Shown one piece after another: positions 18,761-30,771 of a DNA stretch of 64,000 nucleotides (the first letter of the stretch is position 1; every line of letters begins with the position of its first letter). The translations under genes were made by a program, and so were the position numbers. The notes under the pieces were generated by a model, which was not told the origin of the DNA, ran no database searches, and saw only the letters and a program-made list of their open reading frames with translations. The DNA lies in contig NW_027362763.1 of NCBI RefSeq assembly GCF_046119375.1, forward strand, positions 72,168,001-72,232,000, in the 5' to 3' direction. Source of the DNA: Phyllobates terribilis. Taxonomy: Eukaryota.

Positions 18761-21700
18761 TTTGTTGCTATTAGAGTGCTCCAACCACACTATCTGAGCA
18801 ACATGAGTGTGAAAAATCGATGTCGTGGTGGAAGGAGGAATAGGCTTGGTGTTCAAGGTCTATGTGGGGTATGTGCTAATATTAGTGAAAGCTCTAGTGA
18901 ACCAACACCTTCACATTCTATCCAAAGACAACTGACAACTTATATTACTGGATGGGCTACTAAACTCTTTTTCTTCGGCAGCCACACAGCGGTACGCCTT
19001 GTAGATTAGGGCCAGAAAGAGCATGCGCTGCATCAAGTGACCTCTCCTCCTCTTATACCACCTCAACATCACACACAGTACAGTCCTCAGAGGTGGCACA
19101 GCAATTACCCTTGTTTAGTCCCTCATTACCACTCTCCAACTGCCTAGGTGACTGTAGGGAACCACAGATGGGCGAGTTTGCAGAGCTGTTCACACATTCT
19201 ATGCAATGGGCATCAGAGGTCTACTCCAAAGATTCACAGACTCATGAGGAGGAAAATATCTGCACAGATGGCCAAAATTTTTTTTCTGTTAGATCCAGGG
19301 CAGCAAGAAGTAGGATCCGAACAGAATCCTGACCCTTGTCACCAGATGTTAACCCCTGGGGGAAAAGTTGATCCTGATGAGACTCAGATACCTGAAGCAC
19401 ATGTGGATTATACTGTGCTGTCAGGGCAAAAAGAGAAGGAGGGTTACTCCCAGGGTGAGGAAAGGGAGAACAGAGAGGATGATGATGAGGTTGTAGATCC
19501 CACTTGATGTGAACCCAGAGGCACACAGCTGAGTAGGAGGAAGATGAGGAGGTTACGTTGCAGTTTCCCGTACAGACACTAGTAATGCAAACATTACAAG
19601 CACTGCATCCTCAGCCACAACTCTGGCTGTGGCCAGCACCAGTCGAGGGTCTGCAGCTTGCAGGGGGGGGGGAGGGTTGCATAGCCTGCGACTTAAAACT
19701 GCAAAGGATGAGCCAACTCACTTAATCTGCCAACTTTGCAAAAATGACTTAGTACAGGCAAAAATTGCAAGAATTTGACTACTACATGCAAGAATCGGCA
19801 CATTTACGATCAACATGCATTAGTCTGGCAATCTCAATGAGATAAAATGCGGACCAGTGGGCATCCCCAATCATTGGCCACCCTATCAATAGCATCTTCT
19901 GCTTCTTCCTCCTCTGTCACTGTGCCAAGTGTTGTCACACAGTTTTCCAGCCACAGAACCTCCACTTGTTTACTGACTCCAGTGAGGCTGAGTGAGAGCC
20001 CGTCAGCTGTAATGGAAGTGGACATGCCTGCTGTTTTTGCTTCACCGAGCACACCACATCTTTCTCAATCCACCGTAACATCTCCGCCTTCACCTGCACG
20101 TCACGGTGGTGCATTTTGTCATGTTCACCCTACTTCATCCTCTTTCAGAAAAGCAGCCAGTCCTCAGTCCCGAAGTTGTGGTCATGTAAAAGTTTGTTTC
20201 ATTCTACACATGATTAAGCTAAATGGTTGAACTCCACCATCTCCAATCTGTTGGCCATGGAAATTCTGCCTTTCCAAATGGTGGATACAGACAGTTTCTG
20301 AAAGCTGATGGCTATTGCAGTCCCCCAGTACTAGTTGCCCAGTCACCATTATGAAATCTGTGCCTGTGGTATACCATCATTAAGAAATCTGTGCCTATGA
20401 TACACCAGCATGTCACAGACAACATCACCCGTTCCTTGACTAAATCTATGTCTGCCAGAGTGCATTTCACCACAAACACCTGGATGAGAAAACATGGCCA
20501 GGGGCATTTTATCTCGCTGACTGGACACTGGGTGACTCTGATGGCTGTGGGGGTAGGCAGGGATGGGGCTTCTCCACAAGTCTTGGAAGGCTTGCGGGAC
20601 AAACTTCTGTATCTAACCATAACTCTAATGCTTATGCATCCTCCACCTTCTCTAGGGCCTCCACATAAGCCTTCAACCTATGCCTTAATGAAACACACAT
20701 TTCAACAGTGCAGAGAAAATCAACACAACCTCCGTACTGCGCAGCCAGGGCTCACCGCAATCAGGCAGTCTTAAAATTAATATGTCTTGGAAATCGCAGT
20801 CACACAGGTCAGGAGTTGTGGACAGCTCTCCAGGCTTAGTTTGAGCAATGGCTGTCTCCACTGAACCTGGAGCCAGGGAAGGCAATTTGTGACAATGGTG
20901 CAAACCTGGTGGCGAACCTACACTGGGGCATCCTCACACATGTGCCTTGCATGGCTTACATCCTCAACCTGGTGATACAGCAATTTCTCTGCCACTATCT
21001 CGGCCTGGATGCGCTGCTGCAGAAAGTAAGGTCACTGTATGCTCACTTCCCCACAGGTCATCGACTTGTATCGATACAGAGGTCTTTGACCATACCACCA
21101 GCTCATAGGAGATGTGCCAAAACAGTGGAATTCCACTCTGCACATGTTGTAGCAACTGTGGCAGCAGCGGTGAGCTCTGATGCAGTATCTCATGTCGTGT
21201 AGCCTGGGCCAGCGCAGTATGGACGTGATGCAAATCACGTTTGCGGAGTTGGTAGAGATTAAAAACCTCTGCACCCTTTTGCAGAGTTTTAAAATGACTA
21301 CTAAGATGGTTAGCAATGACGATGCTTTCATCAGCATTACTATTCCAGTCATCTAAATGCTGGCGCACACTTTAAATAGTATTCAAGAGGAGGCGATGGT
21401 CCTAGAGGAAGAGGAGAAAGTAGAGGAAGATGCAGAAGGGATAACGATGTCTCAGAGTTACACACTGTCATTACACAGACGGGTGTTTTACAGCGATCGA
21501 GGAGGGCTCGTGTTACCAGACAAACTGTTAGTGAAGGTGCAGTAGCATAGGAACAAATGGAGGAGGACGAGGAGGAAGAAGTGATGGGCGGGCAACAGTC
21601 AGGAGATGAAGAGGATAATGATCCATTCTCTGGTTGGCGGTAGGGGATGGAGGAAACAAGCATCAGTGTTACCCAGCAACCAAGACACCATAGGCTTGGA

Positions 21701-22539
21701 CCTCATGGAAGAGCCTGACACACAAGCTCCTTCTTGCTGCACTATCCGCAACATGATCCTCATATAGTTAGAATTTGAAATATTGCTGACTACTGGATTG
21801 CCAGTCTGTTATATCCACATTACAAGAGTAAATTTTCCAGATGCTTACCACCCTGAAAAGGGACCCGCGCAAGTTGGAATATCGAAACACGTTTTTAGAT
21901 CACCTAAAGGGAGGTTTTCCCTAAGACAGCAGTGAGGAACACAGTGTGCATCATAGCTCTAGATCTCCAACAAAGGGAATGTCAATTTGTCAATGCAAAA
22001 ACATTAGCAGCAGCAGAAGCAGTGTAAGTGTCAGAACCAATTTCTGTAAGTTCTTTCACACATTTTTTAGGCCAGCTCGTGCACCAGCACAACAGAATAC
22101 AAGTCTGACACATGGTGAACGACTGGAGAGGTTGGTGCAGGAGTATCTTAAGCTCAATATCATTACCATCAGAGAGGCTTTGGACCCTTTTACAATTTGG
22201 TCTTCAAAAATGGACGAGTGGCCTGAGCTCACCTGTCATGCTTTGGAGGTTTTATCATGCCAAGCAGCCAGCTTTCTCTCAGAACGTGTCTTCAGCACTG
22301 TTCATGGTGTCCTGATGGATAAGCGCATCCAGCTGTCCCCTGAAAGAGCAGACTGCCTAACTTTCATAAAAATGAAGAAGCCAAGGACTTTTACACCCCA
22401 ATTGCAGACTGTGCAGACTAGTAGATGGTGTATCTTTTAGTGTGCTGCATTGATCTCGCGTTATTGCAGTCTGTGATAGCTCTGCCTTGGCTTCTGTGCC
22501 TGCTGTTGCTGCTGTTGATGTCTGCCCATAATTGTTTAA

Positions 22540-23290
22540 AATGTGGAGACTCCTGATTGGGTTTCAATCTGCTGGGTGTCAGTCCTCCATTATACTATTT
22601 CTACTCTGGTGAAATTGATGCCACTTTTGTGGTGTCTGCCCATAATTTTTGGAAATGTGAAGGCTCCTAGTTGGGTCTCAATCTGCTGGGTTGGCTATAG
22701 TGGAAGAGGTGTCAGTCTTAATTATACTATTTCTACTCTACTGTAATTAATGCCACTTTGGTGGTGACTGCCCCTAATTTTTTGAAATGTGGAGACTCCT
22801 GATAGGATCTCCATATGATATGTTTTTTGCAGTGGAAAGGTACCAGTCCCCATTATACTATTTCTACTCTGGTGAAATTGATGCGACTTTGATTGTGCTT
22901 GCCCCTAATTTTTTGAAATGTGGAGACTACTGTTTGGGTCTCCATCTGGTGGGTTGACTGGAGTGGAAGGGTGTTGGTCCTCCATTATACTAGTTCTAGT
23001 CTGGTGAAATTGATGCCAGTTTCATGATGTCTGCATCAAATTTTTTGAAATGTGGAGACTACTAATTGGGTCTCCATCTGGTGGGTTGGCTGTAGTGGAA
23101 AGGTGTCGGCCCCCCATTATACTAGTTCTACTCTGGTGAAATTGATGCCACGTTGGTGGTGTCTACCCCTAATGTTTTGAAATGTGGAGACTCCTCATTG
23201 GGTCTCCATCTGATGTGCTTTTAGTAGTGGAAGGGTGTCAGTCCCCATTACACTATTTTTACTATGGTGAAATTGTGGTATCTGACCCTA
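22540..23290. repeat. About 130-bp tandem array in the hAT-C 3' region; also about 51129-51879
   Basis: aatgtggagact...cattatacta...ctggtgaaattgatgc repeated about 6 times. Confidence 0.9.
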
Positions 23291-23525
23291 TTTGAGCTGT
23301 TTTGGCAGCTTGGCCCCTTTGAAGGTGTTGTGTATGTGTTTGGTTTTTCCTCTCATTGAATCCAATGGAGTTTGGATATGTTCGACGAATCATTCGACAA
23401 ATTGTTTGGCGGACAACGGGAAGTTTGACAATCTGAAATGAATCGAACCTTTAAAGGTTCGCTCATCTCTAATTATTACTATGTAGTAAATTGAAAAAAT
23501 AAAAGACGTGATTCAAGAAAAAAAC

Positions 23526-23531
23526 TTTATT
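23526..23531 (-). terminator. Candidate RHAG polyadenylation signal AATAAA; also 52115-52120 (alternative at 24505-24510)
   Basis: AATAAA on the minus strand followed by a U-rich tract at about 23491-23502. Not confirmed by transcript data. Confidence 0.45.
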
Positions 23532-23671
23532 GACCAAAAGATACAATTCACTAATACATTTACATTATTGCTTTCATAAAACACTTTAGTTCCTATTGGT
23601 TTCTATTATAACTTTCAAAAATTAAGAAAAATATATGGTCTGATTAAGATATTTACCATTCTAAAGATTAA

Positions 23672-23759
23672 AGTGCCCCATTCTGGCAATCATTTGGATT
23701 CCCAGAGGTTGAATTCCTTTCAATTCAAAAGTTACAACTTATCCAACCAGAATACCCCT
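23672..23759. mobile_element. Short T2-type MITE remnant
   Basis: TTAA on both sides; right end ccagaatacccct, left end a degenerate inverse. Confidence 0.45.
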
Positions 23760-23884
23760 TTAAGGCTATAGTAGATTTAAATAATTATAAGTGCTCTATA
23801 GGGTAGGATTTTTTTCTTGCAACTAGTTTCTGTCTAATTCTTGGTCATGGTATCAATAAAAGGAGATATAATATATGTGACAAT

Positions 23885-24168
23885 TAGTGATGACCGAGTG
23901 TGCTACTCTAGTGAGTACAGGGTGCTTGGGTATGCATCGAGTATCGTGGGTGCTGGAGTGCCATGCTTGAATCCCTGACCCGCATGTTTTGCGGCTGTTA
24001 GATAGCCAATAAACATGCAGGGATTGCCTGCCATACACTGTAATGCCGTAGCCATATTGGCAAGCAATCCCTGGGGACTCAAGTATGGTGCTCGAGCATC
24101 CGCAATACTCAATGAGTACCCGAGCACCCCGTGCTCAATCGAGTAGTGGGCACATTTGCTCATCACTA
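23885..24168. mobile_element. 284-bp hAT MITE with perfect 8-bp TSD GTGACAAT; also 52473-52756
   Basis: TIRs TAGTGATGA... / ...CTCATCACTA; TSD 23877-23884 and 24169-24176; interior similar to the hAT-B terminal region (about 17200-17280). Confidence 0.93.
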
Positions 24169-25363
24169 GTGACAATACTTCAACCCAAGCTGTAAATGTG
24201 ATGGACTGTTATAGCCTGGTATTATGGTATATAACCAAGAAAGAAAGTAATGAGGGTATATATAATGACAATTGCCATATTCCTTACAATGGATTCGGAG
24301 AATCTATACATCTCTATGCTAGAAAACCATCATGTAGAACAGCCATATGTGACATGACCATTGGCCCAATCATGGCATCTGGCTAAAATATTGTGCCATT
24401 TACATCATGGCATCACAACTCAGAAAAACAGAAACTAGAATTTTAGAAAGGTTGAAAAGTTGGCAAGGGAGACTATGATAAATGAAATAATATTGTACTG
24501 TTACTTTATTGTGGGATACATTGTACTACATGTTAAAAACGCCTCTAAAAATGTAAAAAAAAAACATAAAAAAATAAAATATGTTGCAACTAATATTGAA
24601 AGAAAAAAAGTAAGGATTCCCTGTAATATAGGTATGACTAATTATGAAACATCAGGAATATAATTTTCCATTTATAAATGTTATACTGATGTATGGTCAT
24701 GAGCGTGGAAAATAGTAGTTATAGTAATAGTAATAGTTTTTGCTAAATACATGAAAAATATTTTCTTATTAATGTTTTAATATATCTTTATGGGATCAGA
24801 TCTCCATTTTTCTAACAAAAAGCTCTAAATTTTCAGCAAAGTCATTGAGTTAAGTGATTTAATTCCTTATGTCTGCAGTCACCAATAGAGGGAGCTCCAG
24901 AGTTTACTGCATACTGTGTACATATTTATCAATAACTGCTATGCTTCCCCTAGTGGTGACCCAAAGCAGCAAAAATGTTGTCAATCATTTCAATTTCTAT
25001 ATGGAGATTTTTAGCTCTGTAACAGAAGAACTGAGCTCCAAATGACCAAAAAAAGTAATGTTTTAAAATGAATCACAGAATGTTGAACCTAAAGTTGAAG
25101 ATTTACTGTATTTAAAAGATTTATACACAATGGATGAATCCCCTTACGCTCCGGAAATAATCTAAAGTAGTTGTCAATGTAGAGTTCAATGGTATCTATT
25201 ATAAAGGATCATGAAGCATGGTACCTATAATAGTAAATGGTGCCTTTTTAGGTCATGCCTACCATATAACAATCATTTCCCTCGCATAAAGTCATATATA
25301 TTGGGTATAAAGTTTATGGTATACTTTCCATACATTTTTTTGAGAAAAGTGACTGTGGCGACT

Positions 25364-25435
25364 TTATGCGTCTACACGGATTTTTCCATGTTCTCCTTGG
25401 TAATGGTGTTCTGCTTCTTCTTCTTCGAGGGGAAC
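25364..25435 (-). CDS. RHAG: RHAG exon 10, copy 2 ([23 protein letters not shown])
   Basis: tttttag|GTT...TAA; continues exon 9 as YWE-VP with an acidic tail. Confidence 0.88.
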   Translation of the reverse strand, partial: VPLEEEEAEHHYQGEHGKIRVDA

Positions 25436-25644
25436 CTAAAAAAATCATATGGTTCCAATTAAACACATATGCAAAGACTAAGGTGTCCAAATTATATTTC
25501 TTTTATTTCAATTATTTGGAGTAGTTTGCTCCTTTTTCATATGCTTATCTGAACTGCAGCTAATTTTACAATCATTTGTAACATTTTCAGTCTAATCTGT
25601 TTTCATTCATATCAGGATATTTTTTGATATGTGAAGTGGTCGGG

Positions 25645-26660
25645 TATGTGGGAGAGGGGGTAAGGGAAGACGATCGAGTAGAGAGGGGGAAAATTGAGAG
25701 ATAAGTAGTCAAGACAGTAGGGAAAAGGGGAAAAATAAAGGAGGGTATGGAGAGGAAAGGTTTAGACCAAGGCGAGAAAGGGATGAAAACATAGAATATG
25801 GATTAGTAAGGACAGTAAAAAATGTTAGAAGAGAGGTTAGAGGAAAAAGAAGAGCTAAAAGGGAGAGAGGAGAGGGAATATGGGGAGAGAACGGGTTGAA
25901 AAGGGGAGGGGAAATGAAAGAGGAAAAAGAGTTGGGAAAAGGAAAAAACAGGAGAAAAAGGTGATAGGGACAGAAAAGAGAAGAGGAAGAAGAGTGATGG
26001 GAAGTTGGAAGGAAGAAGAGAAGTAAAAGAGATGAAGAGAGGAGATGAGTGTTGTGAGGTGGAGAGTGAAAGCGGTAAAGGGGAGGTTAGAAAAAGAGAG
26101 AAGAATTAAAAGGGAGAAAGGAGAGGTAAGAGGGTGAAAAAGTGAGATGAGCGGTGGGAGCGGAAAAGAAGAAAGAAAGATTAGAATACAGGTAAAAGCT
26201 GAAGAGAGGAGGTAAAAATAGCTGATTAGAGGGAAGAGGGAGAGAAAAGAGATTAAAAATGGATGAAGCTGTAAGTGGGCGAGAGAAAACGAGGTGGTAT
26301 TTAGAGTGAGGGATTGGAAAAAGATAAGGAGGAGTGGGGAGCTGATGGAAAGGAAGAACTCCATAGGAGAGAAGAGCTAAAGAAAGGAAAAAGAGAGGAG
26401 AGGTGAAAAAAGAGATGAGAGGTATGAAAGGAAGTGTAGAGAAGAAAGAGTTGGAGATGAGAAAGAAAAGGAGGAAAATTAGGGGAAGTTTGAAAGAGAA
26501 AGGAATGAAATGGAAAGGGGGAGGGAACAGAAGAAAAGATGTGAAAGGTAGAAAGAAAGATGAAAATAGTAAAAAGGAAACAGGAAAATAAGTGAAAAAA
26601 GAAAACGTGGTAGAGGAACAGGAAGGGGAGGAAAATAAAATAAGGAAGAGACAAGACACT
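25645..26660. repeat. About 1-kb polypurine/polypyrimidine low-complexity tract in intron 9; also about 54233-55248
   Basis: Plus strand almost only G/A, with no clear period. Confidence 0.95.
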
Positions 26661-26856
26661 AGTGTATATGTATGTGCTGTCTTTTAATTCACAGGAAAGT
26701 TGCTGTATTTTTTAGGAATGTAATTCTCTTAATTTACAATATCAGATTTCTGAACCAATATATTGTCAGAACAGTCTGGGAGCTGAGGAAACAGTGAGTG
26801 AGATAGTGATAGTGAAGCCTTGCTGTAATGCCTTTTAATAGGGTGACTGTACTTAC

Positions 26857-26930
26857 TTCCCAGTAGACGGTGTCATCATAGCAGTTCTCATCAGGTGGTG
26901 GCCCCCAGAATGGACATTTTAAGATGAAGC
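26857..26930 (-). CDS. RHAG: RHAG exon 9, copy 2
   Basis: Identical to 52-125. Confidence 0.95.
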
Positions 26931-27342
26931 CTAAAAAGTAGGGCACAAAACAACAGAGAAATGAAGGCCAGAAAAATAACTTTAGAAATATATTAAAAAA
27001 AAAAAAAACCTTCATGAACAAAGCTGGTTTTTGGACCTAAATTGATATTCCTAACTTAGACATTTATGGAATATTCACGAGATATGCCATAAATGTGTGC
27101 TGGATGCAAGGGAATGTGGTCTGCTGACTCCACTGTGCCAATTCCAGGCTATAACACTCTCCATGGAGATGTGACTGCACTCAGACCCCCACTGTGGAGA
27201 GAACCGAATACTGCATACTGGATCCATGGATCCTAAAATTATGCTCAATCTTAGACCTATAAATCCCATTATAAAAAAGCCCATTGAAAATGTCATCATA
27301 TACAGTAAGGGATCACTTAAGATGATGCTCTCTATTACACAC

Positions 27343-27416
27343 CTGTGATGACGCCTCCAACAATAGCGATAGCGAAGGTTGCGGCTAACGCAGCTCCTTG
27401 ATAAACAGGATAATAG
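27343..27416 (-). CDS. RHAG: RHAG exon 8, copy 2 (..[10 protein letters not shown])
   Basis: Same as 539-612 except GTT (Val) for GCT (Ala) at 27360. Confidence 0.92.
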
Positions 27417-29147
27417 CTGGAAAATGTAAAAAATATTGTTATTATGCAGCAATTGAGTTTTTTTGCATAAAAATTGATTGTATTGGACTGTTATATGTAC
27501 AGGTTTGACATCAGCCCCAGGGAAACCAGGGTAGATTTCATGTCTGTTTGGGCTTGGAGATTTAATGGGAATCTTAAAGGGAATCTATCAGAAGGTTTTT
27601 GCTATTTCTTCTGAGAGCAGCATAATATAGAGCAAGATATCCTGATTCCAGGGATATGTTACTTATTAGGCTGTTTGTTGTAGTTTCCATACAATTAGGG
27701 TTTTATCGCCAGGAAATTATCACTGACTAACTATGTCTCACATGCACAGCAGTCCAGCTAATATTTCTAACCCCGCCCCCACCATTGATTGGCAGCTTGC
27801 TGACAGTGTACACAAGAAGCTGCCAATCAGTGATGTGGGTGCTGTTATGCACAGTTCAACATTTTGAGCACTGTTAGATCTGCAGCAGAAAAAACAGGGA
27901 CGCTATCAAAACTGCACCAGGCAGCACGGTAAGTGACACATCACTGGAATCAGAGTCTCTTGTCCTATATTATGCTGTTCTCAAATTAACGTACTATGCA
28001 AAAATTCATTGACAGATTCCGTTTAAACATAGAAAAACAAATATCTGTAGATAAATCTTTGTATTTAACCTGATGTCAAATGCTTTACAAAAAAATCTGT
28101 CTCTACTGCCACCTTTTATTGTTAGACTTAACAGAGAGCTAATTTGCATATCTTTTCCCATAATGCTCTCAAAATCAATTTTATCACCACAAGGAGAAGC
28201 AATACCCCCTCCACCCCATGCCCGAGAGCTTAGATGGAGGCTTTATAATTAAGAGATATAAACATGAAGGTGAAATAAAGTAAATATCAAATAATTTATG
28301 ATTAAAGAGTGATAAAAAGAAGAATAATTAATGATATATATTTACATTAATTTGGCCATACATGTGCTTGTTAATAAAAAAGAGCAAAGGGAGGAAAAAA
28401 ATGCTAATGAGCCAAAACAATAATCGATGTAGAAAATGAACCTTTATTAAATAAAAACAATTATGGACTCGGCATGAGTCCAACTGTAAAAGAAAGACGT
28501 CACATACGGGAGGTGAGTGTAGTAGGGCTGTAAACTAATTAACATAAGTAAAATAATCAGTGATAGTGAGTCAACTTACAAACCGCATACCCATAATTGT
28601 CCTCTTCTGCTGGAATGATGCCAGCACCGAAGTGCGTTTCGCTCATTGCCTTCATCTGGGGGTGGTGGTGCCACCCCAGCAAAAAGTTGTAGAAATATGA
28701 ATCTCTGCTAATCAAACTTCTACATTTTGGAGTCATTTGGCCTTATATGCAATTTGTAGTCATGAGTCTAGTCCCAAACTGCCTTCAGCATCATGAGGCG
28801 AGAAGCATGGTGGCTACATGAACACAATTTGTCATGATGCCTTTAATTTAATGTTGTTCTCATTCTAAGAGCATGATTGTTTTTATTTAATAAAGGTTAT
28901 TGATTATTTTTTTGGGCTCATGAACATTTTTGCTCTTTTGTGTTTCCCTTTTGGTTTGCCCTATACTTAGTCCTTTATTACATACCCTTAATTATATGTC
29001 ACCAGACTTTCTACTATTTCTATAGTTTATTTTTTTTCCTAGAGAGCTTATTTGATTTATTCAGTGCACTTTAAATCCATGAGGAGATATGTCTGAATGC
29101 CGAAATGATCAAAAATAATTTTTAGCATTGGAAGGAGAATTACTCAC

Positions 29148-29269
29148 TTGGGTTTTGCTCCGAGGGCTGTGGCCACAATGCCTGCGATCCCACCCATAAT
29201 TCCTGGTAAACCGTGAAGATTGTGCACTCCGCATGTGTCCTGAACCCTGAGCTTGGAAGCAAAAATTGG
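29148..29269 (-). CDS. RHAG: RHAG exon 7, copy 2
   Basis: Identical to 2344-2465. Confidence 0.97.
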
Positions 29270-29458
29270 CTGAAAGAGATAATGGGGATGAGAACAAAGT
29301 TAATAAAGAGCAATTTTACATAATGAAGTACTGAGCCAAATATTGTAGGGATCGGGGTAAAATTTGCATTCATAAAGTGAGCAACAAATGTCACCATTAT
29401 TGTACTTCTAAGAAACAAGCCTAAGACTTAATCAATGAAAATTTAGGTGTCAACTTAC

Positions 29459-29596
29459 AGTTAAGAACTTGAATCCCAGGGTAGAGATTATTCCTGCAAT
29501 GAACCCAATAATCATTGCGCCAAAGGGTCCAATGTTCATGTCAGCGCAGGTTCCTACCGCTACACCTCCGGCCAGAGTGGCATTCTGGATATGGAC
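29459..29596 (-). CDS. RHAG: RHAG exon 6, copy 2
   Basis: Identical to 2655-2792. Confidence 0.97.
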
Positions 29597-30604
29597 CTGG
29601 ATGGAACAAGTCAATGAGTGTGAGACCCCAGGCTTGCTGATTATTTAGATATCATCATGGTTGATATGTCACAATTTATTTTTCAAGGCACTAGTTTTCA
29701 AAAATGTGAATTTAGTAAGTATAGATGTCACTCAAGATTCCATTTTTAGAAGGATGGAATCCCATAACTTCTACTGCACAGTCAAACTTCTGTTGTGGCC
29801 AACAGGGAATAGGAAGCATTGGAGAGTCAAACTGGATCCACTATAGTCTACAGTTAAGGGGAGATTGAGCCAGTGTGAGATAGGAAGAGGTAGGGATATC
29901 CTGATTTTTTTGGGATAAAAAAAAATTATGGGTAAAATTGCATAAAAAGAAAACATTCCCAGTACTGTAGAAAAACATATACATGTGAGAGCTTTTCCTA
30001 AATGTTTCAGATTACATCTCAGTCCTTACTCAGATTCCGTCCGAAACATGTAGGAAAAGCTCTACACACAACATAAGAGCGAGGGTGGCTTGTTTTTCTA
30101 AAAAAAAGTAGGGGGATCTCTGTGAACAGCATAATGTAAGGGCAGAGACCCTAATTCCAGTGATGTATCACTTGTTGGGTTGCTTGGTGTAGCTTTGGCA
30201 AAATCACTGTTTTATCAGCAGGAGATTATCACCATATAGCTCTCAATATTCATGAGCTTTGAATAACCCCGCACCACCACTGATTGGTAGCTTTCTGCCT
30301 ATGCACAGTGTACACAGAAAGGTGCCAATCAGTCATGAGGGCGGGGCTATACACAACTCAGAATTTAGAAAACTGGTAGATCTGCAGCAGAGGAAGCAGG
30401 AATTTTATCAAAACTGCAGCAAGCAGCCCCACAGGTGATACATCGCCATAATCAGGGTCTCTGCCACAACAACATAACCCTTTTTACAAAGCAAAAAACC
30501 TGCTTAAGGATTCATTTTAAGTCTGTCTGACTAAGCTCTAAATATTATATATAAAATGTGTAGGGATCAGTAAGAATTGTGACATTATTTATGCAGTTTC
30601 TTAC

Positions 30605-30771
30605 CATATCAAACTTTCCTTTGTGTTCAACCAGACTGGAGAAGGCATAGGCAGTGAGCACACAGGCCGCCAGTGAGAAGTAGGTGTTAATAATGGCCAT
30701 TTCCTGATCTGCTCCATGTTCGGCAATGGCAGAGTTGAAGCTTGGCCAAAACATCCACAGAAAGAGGGTTC
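30605..30771 (-). CDS. RHAG: RHAG exon 5, copy 2
   Basis: Identical to 3801-3967. Confidence 0.97.

Larger units (their letters stand above)
17427..23471 (+). mobile_element. hAT-C: full-length (6,045 bp) decayed hAT with perfect 8-bp TSD ATTATTAC; also 46016-52060
   Basis: TIRs TAGAAATGAGAGAAC / GTTCGCTCATCTCTA; TSD 17419-17426 and 23472-23479. Transposase relics HFTTNTW..GQGHFISLTGHW, HVPCMAYILNLV and CQAASFLSERVFS. Confidence 0.95.

Noticed and set aside
25855-26659. Long F/L/S/P-rich and K/E/G-rich ORFs (169, 190, 117 aa; repeated at 54443-55247)
   Set aside because: They are translations of the polypurine tract, which lacks stops by composition. They lie in RHAG intron 9.
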